This document shows, in pieces, positions 1 to 7,459 of a stretch of 17,011 bases of DNA. The notes beneath the pieces were generated by a model that saw only the letters and a list, made by a program, of their open reading frames with translations, ran no database searches and had not been told where the DNA came from. Each line of letters starts with the position of its first letter. Within the stretch, counting starts at the first letter, position 1. The position numbers and the translations under genes are program-made. The stretch lies in IMG/VR virus record IMGVR_UViG_3300044475_000054, positions 64,001 to 81,011 of that record; one strand, 5' to 3'. The stretch is from a virus. Lineage: Duplodnaviria > Heunggongvirae > Uroviricota > Caudoviricetes.

Positions 1-212
1 AAGAACTCTTTTAGTTCAATTAGACCCCCAATCAAAGTCTCTCCGTAAAATACTACAGGAAACGATCTAGCTTTTGGAGCAATAGTCATCAAATCATCCT
101 TGCTGTAGTCAGAACCTAACAACTTTGTTTCAAAAGCAGCTCCTTTCATCTGACACAGTAATTTAGCTGAGTCACATTGCTGACAATTCTCTTTAGAAAA
201 AATAGTTAACAT
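1..212 (-). CDS. Glutaredoxin/NrdH-like redoxin, partial (3' end beyond the window)
   Basis: Not in the ORF track. Manual translation from ATG at 212: MLTIFSKENCQQCDSAKLLCQMKGAAFETKLLGSDYSKDDLMTIAPKARSFPVVFYGETLIGGLIELKEF. It has CxxC, the cis-Pro motif (SFPVV) and IGG. It starts 1 nt after the nrdB stop, with a GAGGTG RBS. Confidence 0.9.
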   Translation of the reverse strand, partial: MLTIFSKENCQQCDSAKLLCQMKGAAFETKLLGSDYSKDDLMTIAPKARSFPVVFYGETLIGGLIELKEF

Positions 213-213
213 A

Positions 214-1296
214 TCACACCTCAAAATTTAAATCTAAGTCGTCTGATAAATCATCTACAACACTACCTTGACGATAACTGGTATGTTGAATCTCTTGTGA
301 AGCAAACTGTAGTAGTGATCGGTCAATGTACTTATCCATGAACTTACAAGGATGTTCTGTCACCACTTCCAACTCGTTCTTAATCCCAATTAAGTTACAT
401 ACAAAGTTATGGAAGTATAGGTTAAGTTGATTCAGATTGTCTTCTGTCAAGTTAGGTAAGCTACGTCCTTCGGATAAAAGATAACTGTTCCAACTTTGCT
501 CCCCTACTGTAATAGAGTGAATAATCTCAGAACATTCCTCAAGAACTTCTTCATACACATCACTCCAACCATCTACGTATCGAGTAGCCTTGATCAACTC
601 GTAGCTCATACGTCCATGATACAACTCATCTCGCGCAATAGTTGAAACTGTTTCAGAGATACCTTGAAAGTAACCTAACTCAGCAATAGCAAATGTCACA
701 CCAAAAGAAGACATAAAGCTAATACATTCCATTGCCATAATGGTGATTAAAGCTTTCGCCATAATCTTCTTCTTTTCTCGTAAAGGTAAGTCGTGGTTGA
801 GATTATATAAAGAGTTAAATACTTCAATAATCTTCTTACTACGAGATAGAACTCGAATATTCTTGTATGTATCAATTAAAGCTTGATCAGGGTTCATACG
901 AGTCTGTTTTACAATATGAGCATAAGCTTCCCCGTGAATAAACTCAATACAAGACCACTCACCAATCATTCCCTCTGCTTCACTGTTTGTTACGTGAGGT
1001 AATAGCATAGCACCAATAGAACGTCCAGCTACACTATCTGTTGTATGTTGCCAAGAGATAGCAAGATTCATAATATCCACAATCTCTTTAGGAGCGTTAT
1101 CCATATCTTGTTTATCTTGAGATAAACTAATCTCGGTAGGATACCAACGACCCCCTCGTTGCTTCTCCTTTAACATTTCAATTTCTTTGTTAACTACATT
1201 CACTGTGTCTACTAAACCAAGACTATCACCAAAGAACATTGGATATGTCTTAGTAATATGTCCTGTGTTTGATTCATTAAATACTGTACGTGTCAT
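214..1296 (-). CDS. nrdB: Ribonucleotide reductase class Ia beta subunit
   Basis: Di-iron ligands DSV, EFIH, MEC and RDELYH; radical Tyr in HGEAY; C-terminal QEIQHTSY (Y356 equivalent); adjacent to nrdA. Confidence 0.97.
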   Translation of the reverse strand: MTRTVFNESNTGHITKTYPMFFGDSLGLVDTVNVVNKEIEMLKEKQRGGRWYPTEISLSQDKQDMDNAPKEIVDIMNLAISWQHTTDSVAGRSIGAMLLPHVTNSEAEGMIGEWSCIEFIHGEAYAHIVKQTRMNPDQALIDTYKNIRVLSRSKKIIEVFNSLYNLNHDLPLREKKKIMAKALITIMAMECISFMSSFGVTFAIAELGYFQGISETVSTIARDELYHGRMSYELIKATRYVDGWSDVYEEVLEECSEIIHSITVGEQSWNSYLLSEGRSLPNLTEDNLNQLNLYFHNFVCNLIGIKNELEVVTEHPCKFMDKYIDRSLLQFASQEIQHTSYRQGSVVDDLSDDLDLNFEV

Positions 1297-1310
1297 TTCC
1301 TTTCCTAATT

Positions 1311-1334
1311 AAAAGCACCCCATAAAGAGGTGCT
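1311..1334 (-). terminator. Rho-independent terminator-like hairpin between nrdA and nrdB
   Basis: Minus-strand RNA AGCACCUC-UUUAU-GGGGUGCU followed by UUU: 8-bp stem (one GU pair) and a short U-tract. Confidence 0.6.
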
Positions 1335-1342
1335 GTGTTTCA

Positions 1343-3535
1343 TTATAGCTTACAAGACTCGCAATCTTCTTCTTGTATCTCAGCAGTTTGAATTAAATCA
1401 AAGATACTAACCTCATCGTCATCGTATGTGTTTACATAATACATACTCTTGTTCCCAAGTTTAAAGTGAGCTACCCATTCTTTTAGTAACAGAGATAAAG
1501 GTTTCTTACCATTCTCAAACTTACGAGGATCGAAGTATGTGTCAGCACTAATACCTTGATCAGACCAATCTTGTACAGCAGAATAATAACGACTTAATGT
1601 TACATTATCAATATCCCAAGTTAGTAAGTTTTTACCCTCTTTAAAACCTTTACAAATAAACTGCACAACACCTTTACGTGACTTCTTGTTGATAATCACT
1701 TTACGAGGAGGATATAACCCATTCGTAACACCAGAAGCTACAGCGCTACTTTCCGTAGGCATGTGAGCAATCAAGACAGAGTTTACACGAGGTTTACCAC
1801 GAATACTTTCCCAATCCATTTTAGGTGTAAACTTACCAATCTTAGTGTCTACCGGTAGCCAATTTAAATCAACACCCTCAACTTCAACACCTGTTTCTTC
1901 TGAAAGCTTTTGACTAGCTTTATACAAGTAGAAACAATGCTTCTCTGCTAGATCAGATACAAACTCTAGACTACCCTCTGAACCATCGTAATCATAACCC
2001 TCTTTGTAAAGATACTCAGCTAACCCTGTGATACCTACACCTAATGACATACGAGCCAACATACTATCGTTGTGGTTCTTAGTCATTTTAGGACACTTAA
2101 CAATCAACTTATTAATTGTTTTAACCAAAGTGTACGCAACACGTTCGTATTCTGAAGCATCTTTAATGTTTACAGGAACGATTGCACCTAATGAACAGAA
2201 AGCGGTTTCACCCTCTCCCCAACCCATATACAAATCTTCCATGTGAACATAAGGTTTGGTTGGTAAGCAGATTTCTTGGCATAAGTTTGAGAGTTTGATT
2301 ACATCTAAGAAAGGTGTATGCGTATTTGCACGACTTACATTGAAGAAGTACATACGCCCTGTCTCTTGGCGAATCATTAGTACATGCTTAATCAAATCTA
2401 ATGCTTGTACTTTTTCATGTTTGACACCAGAACTAACAAGAGCCTCAACAAGTGTGTTATAATCTTCAACTGACACAGTATAGAACGCCTCGTACAGTAA
2501 CTTAGCGTCATTGTAATCAAATAAGTACCATTCTTTACGATTAATAACAGCGTCTAAGAAAGCATCATTGAAAATAAAGCTGTAATCTAAACGGTCTAAT
2601 CGTTGCTCAATATCAATACGCTGTGATTTCCATAAAGCAATGTTATACACTTCAGGGTCAATACAAGTAAAACCTACTGTAGCACTTCCTCCACGAGTCT
2701 CTTGTGTAAACTGTTTTACTCCTGAATCAGTATGTTTGTAGATAGGGTGTTTACCTAAATGCTTAATGCGCCCACCTTTAACATCACTACCTTTAGAACG
2801 TGTGGTAAACTCAATACCAATCCCTGCTTTCTTAGCTGTCATCCGTACAGCAAGATGTTGTGCAACTTCAATACTCTCTACACTATCTCCTGCACTAATA
2901 ACACAGCAAGATACTCCGTTGAAGTCTCCATTACGAATACCATTTAAAACAGGTGTAGGTAAGTTAGTACGAGAGTAAATAATATCACGAGCTAAATCAT
3001 AAGCATCCTGTGTATTCCCATGTAAACCTAAACCAATACCTATAGATGCGATTACTGGAGTTTCAACTGTTACGCCATTTAACTTAAGGAGGTACTTATC
3101 TACCCATTGACTTACTTGCCAAGATTCTAAATCAACTTGTTTTAATTCTTCAAACAAATCTTCTTGTTGCTCTGAATACTCAGGAATAGTTTCTTTACAC
3201 CAAACACCTTTCTCAATAAGTACATCTCGAATTTCTTTAAATGCTGCTTTATTTACTTTGATGTTTAACTGACGTTCAATATTCTTTCGTAACTGAGCTG
3301 TCTCTAAACGAGATGCTACACGACTGTAAACTAAATCCTGTTTACTGTAACAAACATCAATCATTGCTTGGTGAATATCTTTACTGTGACACAACTCAGG
3401 GAGTTTAGTGAAAGTCTCAATAGCTAACTCACTCCAATCTCCTCCAACCTTAGATGCGTACTTCGCCCATTTAGATAGTTTATCTAAATCAAACTTCTCA
3501 ACGCTTCCATCAGCTTTAATAACTTCTTTAATCAC
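1343..3535 (-). CDS. nrdA: Ribonucleotide reductase class Ia alpha subunit
   Basis: N-terminal ATP-cone start (VIKADGSVEKFDLDKL), SCCVI (C225), SNLCQEI (N437/C439/E441), CSLG (C462), PTESS, SMYY (Y730/Y731) and a C-terminal CESC redox pair. GTG start with GAGGG RBS. Confidence 0.97.
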   Translation of the reverse strand: MIKEVIKADGSVEKFDLDKLSKWAKYASKVGGDWSELAIETFTKLPELCHSKDIHQAMIDVCYSKQDLVYSRVASRLETAQLRKNIERQLNIKVNKAAFKEIRDVLIEKGVWCKETIPEYSEQQEDLFEELKQVDLESWQVSQWVDKYLLKLNGVTVETPVIASIGIGLGLHGNTQDAYDLARDIIYSRTNLPTPVLNGIRNGDFNGVSCCVISAGDSVESIEVAQHLAVRMTAKKAGIGIEFTTRSKGSDVKGGRIKHLGKHPIYKHTDSGVKQFTQETRGGSATVGFTCIDPEVYNIALWKSQRIDIEQRLDRLDYSFIFNDAFLDAVINRKEWYLFDYNDAKLLYEAFYTVSVEDYNTLVEALVSSGVKHEKVQALDLIKHVLMIRQETGRMYFFNVSRANTHTPFLDVIKLSNLCQEICLPTKPYVHMEDLYMGWGEGETAFCSLGAIVPVNIKDASEYERVAYTLVKTINKLIVKCPKMTKNHNDSMLARMSLGVGITGLAEYLYKEGYDYDGSEGSLEFVSDLAEKHCFYLYKASQKLSEETGVEVEGVDLNWLPVDTKIGKFTPKMDWESIRGKPRVNSVLIAHMPTESSAVASGVTNGLYPPRKVIINKKSRKGVVQFICKGFKEGKNLLTWDIDNVTLSRYYSAVQDWSDQGISADTYFDPRKFENGKKPLSLLLKEWVAHFKLGNKSMYYVNTYDDDEVSIFDLIQTAEIQEEDCESCKL

Positions 3536-3568
3536 TTACATTCCCTCTTAAAATTAAAACTCTTTGTA

Positions 3569-3937
3569 TCACACCAACTCAACACCATTACCAACGTCGA
3601 ACGATCTTTGATTTGTTAAACTGTCAATATCACGAAGCAAACTAACATCATTAGTTGCAACCCTTACTTGATGAGATGCATACTTACTTTTCATATATTC
3701 AGGATCGTTACGTTCGTAAACAATAATACGTAAACTACTATCTAACTCACCATATCGATTCTTAGTAATTAACCCTTCTTCAATTTCAAACTTCTCAGGA
3801 ATAGTGCAACCTAATCGCCAGAAATATTCTTTTAAGATTTCTTTGATGTGAGGTTTATCTGAGATAAGATGCTCTTTGGTTAAAGATGGTGTAATCTTCT
3901 GTAGCTCGTTTAAAGTGTAAATCACTTGTACTTTCAT
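3569..3937 (-). CDS. Hypothetical phage protein (122 aa)
   Basis: ATGA-coupled to the upstream gene, AGGAG RBS. No motif recognised. Confidence 0.8.
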   Translation of the reverse strand: MKVQVIYTLNELQKITPSLTKEHLISDKPHIKEILKEYFWRLGCTIPEKFEIEEGLITKNRYGELDSSLRIIVYERNDPEYMKSKYASHQVRVATNDVSLLRDIDSLTNQRSFDVGNGVELV

Positions 3938-4422
3938 TCAGTAACTCCTAGTAGTTTTAATACTTTCTCTTTCAATTCTGTACTTCCTTGTTCACCGTAT
4001 TTAAAGAATGCTTCTAAGAATGTGAAATGAATAATCTTACTTAAATCTTCAATTCCGTTCTTATCTTGATGTCGAGTAATGTACTTAACAACGCTATGTT
4101 GGCATGCGCCTAAGTTATTTGCCTCTGAATACTCAATTGGTTGAATACCGCGATTCTTGTAATGACCTCCACCTTCTTGAGCTACTAAGGGGTTGTACGG
4201 TTTGTCTTCTACTTTACCATCTTCTATAACTTCTTGTAAGTGATCCTCTTTAATCCAAAACAAACCAACAAAGTTCGCAGGTGAATTAACTAAACAATAA
4301 TCTTCAACTACATCGACAACTGTGGCTACTTTACCAAGCAAGTCTTCTAATTTATTATCGCCTCGCCAGTCTTTAGGTAATGACACAATCTTGACTTTGG
4401 TGAATGGTTTAAATTTACTCAT
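3934..4422 (-). CDS. DUF3310/SaV-like protein (T7 gp1.7-like C-terminal domain) with an N-terminal KOW/SH3-like domain
   Basis: C-terminal GGGHY...IQPIEY...VVKYITRHQDKNGIEDLSK matches the DUF3310 pattern. GAGGAG RBS. Confidence 0.75.
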   Translation of the reverse strand: MSKFKPFTKVKIVSLPKDWRGDNKLEDLLGKVATVVDVVEDYCLVNSPANFVGLFWIKEDHLQEVIEDGKVEDKPYNPLVAQEGGGHYKNRGIQPIEYSEANNLGACQHSVVKYITRHQDKNGIEDLSKIIHFTFLEAFFKYGEQGSTELKEKVLKLLGVTE

Positions 4423-4491
4423 TTCTTCTCCTCAAAATATTAAAACACAAAGGTGTTACTTGCAGGGTTAATTTTACACCCTAGAAATTAT

Positions 4492-4520
4492 ATTATACAA
4501 CTTCTAATTACAAATAACAA
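4492..4520 (-). promoter_or_regulatory. Sigma70-type promoter for the DUF3310-nrdAB-redoxin genes
   Basis: TTGTTA (4520-4515), 17-nt spacer, TATAAT (4497-4492), in an intergenic gap. Confidence 0.65.
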
Positions 4521-4556
4521 CTCTTTGTGTTTATTGTTTTACTCTTTGTCTGTTAA

Positions 4557-5525
4557 TTAGACAACACGTACTAACTTGTTTGCAACACCAATACGACTTG
4601 TTGAACGTAGTTTAGTATTACAGTTATTACAAACATATACTTGATACTTGCCATTTGGAGTAAATGCAAACTTATTCTCAAGCACTTCAATGTTATCTGA
4701 ACAACAAGTTGTGCAAATAGCTCCAACGTTATCTGACATAATTGCCATATTCACAGCGTTATTGTCAAACCCTCGTAAACGCTTATATAACTCTCGTGTA
4801 ATTTCTACATCGACACGGTTGTACTTCTCCATATGAATCAAGGCTTCATCATCACCAGCACAACAAGCCTTCCATAATGAGAAACCATCGTGTGGTAACT
4901 TCTCACCAATATCTAAGTATTCACACAAGTCATTAAGTTTATTACTAGGGAAAGCAAATCGAGCTTTTGCAATCTCTAACGTATCAATAATCTTATATGG
5001 TGACGGAGGCGGTAGTGAGTAGTAAGCGAATCGGGAGTTGATCTTCTTAATATCAAAGCGTCTTAAATTATGTCCAACTACTACAGCGCTGTTGTTAAGA
5101 ACATGCCATAACTTAGTGATTAGAGCTTCGTCATCTTCGTTTAGAGCCTCATTAGATGTTAAACGTAAGCTTTGTACCTCGTTCTCATTAAACGCCCAAG
5201 AAGCTGTTAAAAAGAAGCTTTCTGAGAGGATTTGAGCTTGACTAATGTTCTCTTTAAAACGTCTCCATGTGTAACTCTTAGTCGGCGAACATTCAATATC
5301 TAAATAACAAACTGTTGGTTGATTATTTTCAACTTTATCAATATATGTTTCAGGAAGTTCTAAGTATTGTTCATTTACAAATTCCTCAACATTAGCAATA
5401 CGTTTTAGATAACCCTGAATTGTTGTGCGAGGTATATCTAAAACAATAGCAGCTTTCCGTTGAGATAAACCTTGCCCAATTAACTCTTTATATTCCAAAT
5501 AATCACATAGTTGCATACCTTTCAT
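4557..5525 (-). CDS. DEDD/RNase H-like 3'-5' exonuclease with N-terminal HTH and C-terminal Zn ribbon
   Basis: YLDIE (ExoI), GHNLRRFD (ExoII), YNRVDV (ExoIII); N-terminal GLSQRKAAIVLDIPRTTIQGYL HTH; C-terminal CxxC-x24-CxxC. Confidence 0.85.
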   Translation of the reverse strand: MKGMQLCDYLEYKELIGQGLSQRKAAIVLDIPRTTIQGYLKRIANVEEFVNEQYLELPETYIDKVENNQPTVCYLDIECSPTKSYTWRRFKENISQAQILSESFFLTASWAFNENEVQSLRLTSNEALNEDDEALITKLWHVLNNSAVVVGHNLRRFDIKKINSRFAYYSLPPPSPYKIIDTLEIAKARFAFPSNKLNDLCEYLDIGEKLPHDGFSLWKACCAGDDEALIHMEKYNRVDVEITRELYKRLRGFDNNAVNMAIMSDNVGAICTTCCSDNIEVLENKFAFTPNGKYQVYVCNNCNTKLRSTSRIGVANKLVRVV

Positions 5526-6310
5526 ACTTTAGTCTCCTTATCTTCCCACTTAAATTCAAAATTTACCATAGCATCATACACTCGTGGATCAATCTGATCT
5601 TTCCACTTGTTTGCTACATCTTTAATGTGTTGTTCTTTCGCTTCTTTGTAGGCTTGAAAAGCTTCCAGTATTGTGTCAAAAACTCCGATATGTTTCGAAG
5701 AGTTGTTAACTCTAACTGAGGTTTTGTATTTGTTTAAGTACCCTGCGTGTGATACCCCTAATATGTCATCTTGTGTGTTGTTTTTATTCCAACTGTTCAA
5801 ACAGTTGATCTCTTGAGGGACAAAAGCGCACACATCTTCTGAGTAAGTTTTACTTGATTCACCTAAGATGTCTTTGTCTAGTTGCCAATCTTCATTATTA
5901 AACCCTATTTGCTTTTCGCACCACTCTTTGAAGTATGGGTAGTATTTGAAGCTATCACTTACTGTACAACCCTCATAACACTTATAAGCTTTTTGTGTTG
6001 TTTGGTCGTAACACCTTTTTAGCATATTTCTCCATAACCAGAATGTTTTTGGGTACTTTCCATCAACTTTAAACACTTTTTCACCAATAATACCTTCACC
6101 GTATACCGTTTTGGAGAACAAGTCCTTAACTTTACCCACTGTAATGTTTGATACAGTAGCTACAGTTTCAAAACCTGTATCTAGGAATTTCACACGGACA
6201 CTCTTTGCGTTTTCATATTGCAGGATAACCAAATTGCCGCAACTATTTGTTCGAAAAATAGAACCTACTTGACACTTATTGGATCGTGTTGTTTGTGTTA
6301 TCTTACTCAA
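5522..6310 (-). CDS. HNH-like putative homing endonuclease with C-terminal AP2-like domain
   Basis: W..ML.RCY, LDKDIL...YS...C.FVP.EIN core, and an AP2-like GV...KHIGVFDT..EAF.AY. Start reassigned to TTG at 6310 (GGAG RBS 7 nt upstream, TTGA overlap with the upstream stop). The MGRRRRR extension in the ORF track is probably not translated. Confidence 0.75.
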   Translation of the reverse strand: MSKITQTTRSNKCQVGSIFRTNSCGNLVILQYENAKSVRVKFLDTGFETVATVSNITVGKVKDLFSKTVYGEGIIGEKVFKVDGKYPKTFWLWRNMLKRCYDQTTQKAYKCYEGCTVSDSFKYYPYFKEWCEKQIGFNNEDWQLDKDILGESSKTYSEDVCAFVPQEINCLNSWNKNNTQDDILGVSHAGYLNKYKTSVRVNNSSKHIGVFDTILEAFQAYKEAKEQHIKDVANKWKDQIDPRVYDAMVNFEFKWEDKETKV

Positions 6311-6516
6311 TCTTCTTCTCCTTCTACCCAAAATGATGCGTCTAATACGTTACTTAATTCGTTTTCCAACACGTTATCAAGAAACTCATCTTTCTCCGAC
6401 TTCGATAATTTTAACCACTCTTGTTCTGTGCAACCTAATTCTTCGATATTGTATTCATATTTGTGGTTCGCGCCAGAATACCCAATTCCAATATGACCCT
6501 TAATTTTAATGCTCAT
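6307..6516 (-). CDS. Small acidic hypothetical protein (69 aa)
   Basis: Likely start ATG at 6516 (MSIKIKG), with a GAGGA RBS and overlap with the upstream stop. Confidence 0.7.
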   Translation of the reverse strand: MSIKIKGHIGIGYSGANHKYEYNIEELGCTEQEWLKLSKSEKDEFLDNVLENELSNVLDASFWVEGEED

Positions 6517-6703
6517 CTTCATCGTCCTCATCAAGTTCTTCAACACTATCTAAATAGAAAGTTTCAAACTCAGATTCACTAGATTGTAAGTAACCACCTC
6601 CCTCTTTGATTAATTGAATTGCTTGCTCCTCAGATTCAGCTTGTACTGTGTAGTAATCTGTTCCAGTAGTTTTAACACTGAAATTATACTCTTTTAAACT
6701 CAT
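6506..6703 (-). CDS. Small acidic hypothetical protein (65 aa)
   Basis: ATGA-coupled, GGAGG RBS. Carries a YTVQAESEEQA pattern common in small phage proteins. Confidence 0.75.
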   Translation of the reverse strand: MSLKEYNFSVKTTGTDYYTVQAESEEQAIQLIKEGGGYLQSSESEFETFYLDSVEELDEDDEDEH

Positions 6704-6954
6704 CTTGAACCTCCTTCAATAACATGTTCATCTAATACAACGTAATGTAACTCACCTTCTAATACACCGTCAGAGAAAGCTTCTAATAAATCATTCAACT
6801 CTTCGTAAAACATATCTTCGTCTTTGTGTTCTTCATAAGAATCTTCAATTCGAGTATAGGCTTTATCAAATTTACTGTAATCTTCTTTAGGGATTAGATA
6901 TTTATAACCATCCCCATCATCAAATACTACATACAATTGTTTAACTTTAAACAT
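6700..6954 (-). CDS. Small acidic hypothetical protein (84 aa)
   Basis: AGGAG RBS; overlaps the endonuclease VII stop region. Confidence 0.75.
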   Translation of the reverse strand: MFKVKQLYVVFDDGDGYKYLIPKEDYSKFDKAYTRIEDSYEEHKDEDMFYEELNDLLEAFSDGVLEGELHYVVLDEHVIEGGSR

Positions 6955-7459
6955 CTTCTTTCTCCTTTTGAATAACTTCTAAGATTTCATTCATGCTGTG
7001 TGTTCGTTTCAATATGAATTTTTTGAAGTATAACTTACGTTGAGTACCATTGCAACCCTTATCTACACCAAAATAAGATAAAACATTCTGTTTCTGTTTT
7101 TCATTAAGCTTGTTGAATTGAACTTGTAAACTTTTAATGAAAGCAGGATGAAGATATTCTTTAGGGTGTTCTTTTTCAATATAGTCAGCACAACCTCTAA
7201 GGAACTCAGACAGCGTTCCAACATACCACCAAGCAAGATACCTTGTCCACAGGTTTTCAATCTTACCCAATACAGCGTTAGTTTGTCGATGTAGAACAGC
7301 TCGTACAAAGTGATTAGAATGATCATGGTCTAATACTTTCTGTTTCTCAGGAATAAGTAAACCAGTTATCGGGTCAATACCTTCTTGCTCTTTATAAAGG
7401 TGTTCTCGTACTTTCTGAACGTCTTTGGTTGTATATAGGTGTTTATCTAAATCAGTCAT
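6947..7459 (-). CDS. Recombination endonuclease VII-like (T4 gp49 family) Holliday junction resolvase
   Basis: VLDHDH...VRAVLHRQTNAVLGKIEN carries the catalytic D-H-x-H and N. Sits next to the 5'-3' exonuclease. Confidence 0.85.
   Translation of the reverse strand: MTDLDKHLYTTKDVQKVREHLYKEQEGIDPITGLLIPEKQKVLDHDHSNHFVRAVLHRQTNAVLGKIENLWTRYLAWWYVGTLSEFLRGCADYIEKEHPKEYLHPAFIKSLQVQFNKLNEKQKQNVLSYFGVDKGCNGTQRKLYFKKFILKRTHSMNEILEVIQKEKEDV

Noticed and set aside
2028-2978. Four plus-strand ORFs (62-72 aa) inside nrdA
   Set aside because: Antisense to a highly conserved gene, with no RBS and no motifs; expected shadow ORFs.
214-3535. Possible introns or inteins in nrdA/nrdB (common insertion targets), also checked in pol and helicase
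   Set aside because: All are continuous, of normal length, with motifs in order and no intein C-terminal HN-C/S/T signature.
4590-4720. Exonuclease C-terminal Zn ribbon as the missing primase ZBD
   Set aside because: CxxC spacing (24 aa) is longer than in the T7 ZBD, and such ribbons are a normal appendage of this exonuclease type. Not excluded, but unsupported.
4648-5235. Plus-strand ORFs opposite the DEDD exonuclease
   Set aside because: Antisense shadows with Ser/Leu-rich composition and no RBS.
6311-6331. Arg-rich N-terminus MGRRRRR resembling a localisation or RNA-binding signal
   Set aside because: It is the purine-rich RBS and the end of the upstream gene read in another frame. The better start is TTG at 6310.
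6218-6503. Two plus-strand ORFs (92 and 74 aa)
   Set aside because: They overlap well-supported minus-strand genes and have no expression signals.
7063-7326. Alternative-frame 87-aa minus-strand ORF in endonuclease VII
   Set aside because: Fully nested, no convincing RBS, and hydrophobic composition typical of off-frame reading in AT-rich DNA.
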